Assembly: GCA_035293285.1 (NCBI GenBank)
Contig: DATDOM010000046.1
Coordinates: forward strand, 5,982 to 69,981
From: Candidatus Nanoarchaeia archaeon
GTDB lineage: Archaea; Nanobdellota; Nanobdellia; Woesearchaeales; GW2011-AR4
Direction: 5' to 3'
DNA: 64,000 nucleotides
Shown: in pieces, positions 61,872 through 64,000 of the stretch
Layout of the letters: every line of letters begins with the position of its first letter
How positions within the stretch are numbered: the stretch's first letter is position 1
Notes under the pieces: model-generated
Seen by the model: only the letters and a program-made list of their open reading frames with translations
Told to the model about the DNA's origin: nothing
Database searches by the model: none
Translations under genes and position numbers: made by a program

Positions 61872-62020
61872 GCGAAGGTAGCCAAGCGGCCTAAGGCGAG
61901 CGTTTTTGTTGCGTCTGCAACAATACTCGATGCTGCAAAGCAGCATTATGAGCCAAGCGATTGGCGATGACATGTTGCGCTGGGCCCGCTTCATCGGCGG
62001 TTCGAATCCGCCCCTTCGCT
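61872..62020 (+). tRNA. class II tRNA-like gene with ~65-70 nt of unresolved intervening sequence (identity not assigned)
   Basis: GCGAAGG-TA-GCC-AAGCGGCCTAA-GGC-G ... GGCGG-TTCGAAT-CCGCC-CCTTCGC-T. The middle holds three hairpins (ttgttgc/gcaacaa, tgctgc/gcagca, gccaa/ttggc). I could not derive a canonical anticodon loop. Confidence 0.55.
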
Positions 62021-62052
62021 CTTTAATTAAAACAACGGAGGAAAAATAAGAA

Positions 62053-62139
62053 ATGGAAAAAACAAAAGGAAATATAGAGAATAAAACCAAAGTTTTGAGT
62101 GTTAAAGTTAGTGCTAATTCTGAATGTTGCTGTTGCTAG
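62053..62139 (+). CDS. small ORF (28 aa) ending Cys-Cys-Cys-Cys
   Basis: Own translation: MEKTKGNIENKTKVLSVKVSANSECCCC*; GGAGG 12 nt upstream. Confidence 0.35.
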   Translation: MEKTKGNIENKTKVLSVKVSANSECCCC

Positions 62140-62224
62140 TTCTGATTCAGTTATTTACTAAATCAAATTTTATTGTTAAAGTTAAGTTTATCGTTTAAAA
62201 TCTAAAAATAAAGCTAATGGAGGA

Positions 62225-62644
62225 ATGATTATAATGTGCGATATGTATGGAACAGGATTTGCGGATTACAGAAAAGTTATGCAGCAGGCTGCGCCTTTAT
62301 TTATAGAGGCTGATTCAGGGCTTGAGAGGCAGGCAAGAATGTCTGACATAAGCCTGACAGGAGTTAAAATCAATACTAGGGAGCCGAAATCGTATCTTGT
62401 GCATCCAAACGGAGTTGTAGCGAGGGCTGACCTGCTTGAAGAAAACATAAGCCGGAGTGGACTTGGAATCAGCGCTGAGGCTGCGCTTGATTTGGCAGGC
62501 GCTACAAGGGGAAGAAACGGAGATTATAGAGTAATAAGTGATGATGGATTGGTTTATGCAGTGAGGATAAACGGCAGCATAAGGCTTGGAACTTCTGATT
62601 ATGGGGTGCTTACAAGCATAAAATATCACGGCAAGGCCCATTAG
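62225..62644 (+). CDS. hypothetical protein
   Basis: 139-aa ORF with GGAGG upstream and a hairpin + T-run after the stop (aaacca/tggttt). Confidence 0.35.
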   Translation: MIIMCDMYGTGFADYRKVMQQAAPLFIEADSGLERQARMSDISLTGVKINTREPKSYLVHPNGVVARADLLEENISRSGLGISAEAALDLAGATRGRNGDYRVISDDGLVYAVRINGSIRLGTSDYGVLTSIKYHGKAH

Positions 62645-62706
62645 CCCAATCAAAACCATTAAAAAGTGGTTTATTTTTTATTTTATTTACTAAAAATAAC
62701 AAGAAA

Positions 62707-64000
62707 ATGGCATTAAGATTATTCAATACATTAAGCAGGAAAACTGAAAGCTTCAAGCCGATTAAGGATAAGGAAGTGAAAATGTACACCTGCGGCCCAA
62801 CAGTTTATAATTTTGCCCACATCGGAAACTTCAGGGCTTACATGTGCTCAGACATATTGAAGCGCTACCTGAAATACAAAGGCTACAAGGTAAATCACGT
62901 AATGAATTTAACAGATGTGGACGACAAGACAATAAAAGGCGCAAATTCTGAAAAAATTTCACTAAGCGAATTCACAGAAAGATATTCAAAAGCATTTTTT
63001 GAGGATCTTGAAACTCTGAACATAGAAAAAGCAGATATCTATCCAAAAGCAACCGAGCACATCAAAGAGATGGTGGATATCATCAAAAAACTGATTAAAG
63101 AGGGCATTGCGTACAAAAGCGAGGACGGCTCTGTCTATTACGACATCTCAAAATTCAAGGATTATGGAAAACTCTCAAAGACAAAAATCGCGCAGCTAAA
63201 GGAAGGCGCAAGGGTAAAGCAGGATTCTTATGAAAAGGAAGAGGCAAAGGACTTTGCCCTCTGGAAAGCTTTCGACAAAGAAGACGGGCCTGTTTTCTGG
63301 GAAACTGAAATTGGAAAAGGGAGACCCGGATGGCATATTGAATGCAGTGCGATGTCAATGAAGCACTTGGGAAATCATTTTGACATTCACGCGGGAGGGA
63401 TTGATTTGGTTTTTCCGCATCACGAAAATGAAATTGCCCAAAGCGAGGGATTTTCCCATGAAAAGTTTGCGAATTACTGGTTTCATAACGAGCACCTTCT
63501 TGTCGAAGGCAAAAAAATGTCAAAATCGCTTGGAAATTTTTTCACTCTCCGCGATTTGCTTGCAAAAGGATACAATCCAAAAGGAATAAGGTATCTGCTG
63601 CTTTCTGCAAATTATCGAGTTCAATTGAATTTCACAGATGAGGCTGTAAAAGCTTCGGAAAATGCTGTGCAAAGATTAGACACATTCATTAAAAAAATCT
63701 TGGTATTCAAAAAAATTTTGAAAAAAAGCCATAGAGATTCCGAAATAAAAGAGTTAATTGTGGAATCTAGGAAAAATTTTGTTAAGAATATGGATGACGA
63801 TTTGAATATATCAGAATCTTTATCAGTTATTTTTGAGTTTGTCAGAAAGATTAATGTAAAGATGGCGCCGGAAGAAATTGACAAAGAAGATGCTCAAGAA
63901 ATTTACGATTTTATGAAAGAAATTGACTCAGTCTTGGGAGTTATTGATTTTAATGATGAAGAAAAATTGTCTTCTGAACTGCAAAACCTCATTGATGTAC
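62707..64000 (+). CDS. cysS: cysteinyl-tRNA synthetase (N-terminal ~431 codons; continues past window end)
   Basis: Own translation: MALRLFNTLSRKTESFKP...MYTCGPTVYNFAHIGNFRAY (HIGH), WHIECSAM, KMSKSLGN. No stop in the window, so it is absent from the track. Confidence 0.9.
   Translation, partial: MALRLFNTLSRKTESFKPIKDKEVKMYTCGPTVYNFAHIGNFRAYMCSDILKRYLKYKGYKVNHVMNLTDVDDKTIKGANSEKISLSEFTERYSKAFFEDLETLNIEKADIYPKATEHIKEMVDIIKKLIKEGIAYKSEDGSVYYDISKFKDYGKLSKTKIAQLKEGARVKQDSYEKEEAKDFALWKAFDKEDGPVFWETEIGKGRPGWHIECSAMSMKHLGNHFDIHAGGIDLVFPHHENEIAQSEGFSHEKFANYWFHNEHLLVEGKKMSKSLGNFFTLRDLLAKGYNPKGIRYLLLSANYRVQLNFTDEAVKASENAVQRLDTFIKKILVFKKILKKSHRDSEIKELIVESRKNFVKNMDDDLNISESLSVIFEFVRKINVKMAPEEIDKEDAQEIYDFMKEIDSVLGVIDFNDEEKLSSELQNLIDV

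Noticed and set aside
61593-62090. 165-aa minus-strand ORF
   Set aside because: It runs antisense through the A-type module and the tRNA-like gene. Likewise 42765-43094 and 42781-43027 cover the A/C-type RNAs, 39376-39564 covers the small C-type RNA, and 51453-51731 covers the leuS-upstream element.
61531-62165. Direct repeats as att sites of an element integrated at the tRNA-like gene
   Set aside because: Only about 0.6 kb lies between them, containing the A-type module and the tRNA-like gene, and there is no integrase. The repeats are better explained as the 3' ends of paralogous CCCC mini-ORFs.

Overview
AT-rich archaeal (DPANN-like) chromosomal segment, mostly housekeeping genes. It holds three ribosomal-protein/RNA-polymerase clusters: rpoE'-spt4-S24e-S27ae; L1-P0-P1; and S13-S4-S11-rpoD-tRNA-L18e-L13-S9-rpoN. 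It also holds ftsZ, leuS, cysS (partial), Sm+L37e, diphthine synthase, an SRP RNA and four tRNA genes, three of which carry long or multiple intervening sequences. Two CDSs run off the window edges (1-877 minus, 62707-64000 plus), and several ORFs under 60 aa (L37e, a zinc ribbon, Cys4-ending peptides) are missing from the ORF track. I translated all of these by hand. Main unusual content: (1) A complete, co-oriented bacterial-type MEP/DOXP pathway (dxs, ispG, dxr, ispDF, ispE, ispH) lies at 15976-25165 inside an otherwise archaeal context. (2) A modular family of GC-rich, hairpin-rich non-coding elements has about 10 copies of a two-hairpin core with compensatory stem changes. The family includes long forms that partition the MEP cluster, two larger paralogous RNAs with fully covarying closing helices, and promoter-ended upstream modules. 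I could not assign it to any known RNA or mobile-element class. (3) Two paralogous small ORFs are wedged between L1, P0 and P1. (4) A LAGLIDADG gene abuts and overlaps an intron-bearing tRNA. (5) Small ORFs ending in Cys-Cys-Cys-Cys flank a tRNA-like gene. (6) Two hicA/hicB pairs are arranged tail-to-tail, with a hicA remnant between them. No CRISPR array, transposase, integrase or rRNA was seen. All calls rest on reading the sequence by eye; no database search was run.
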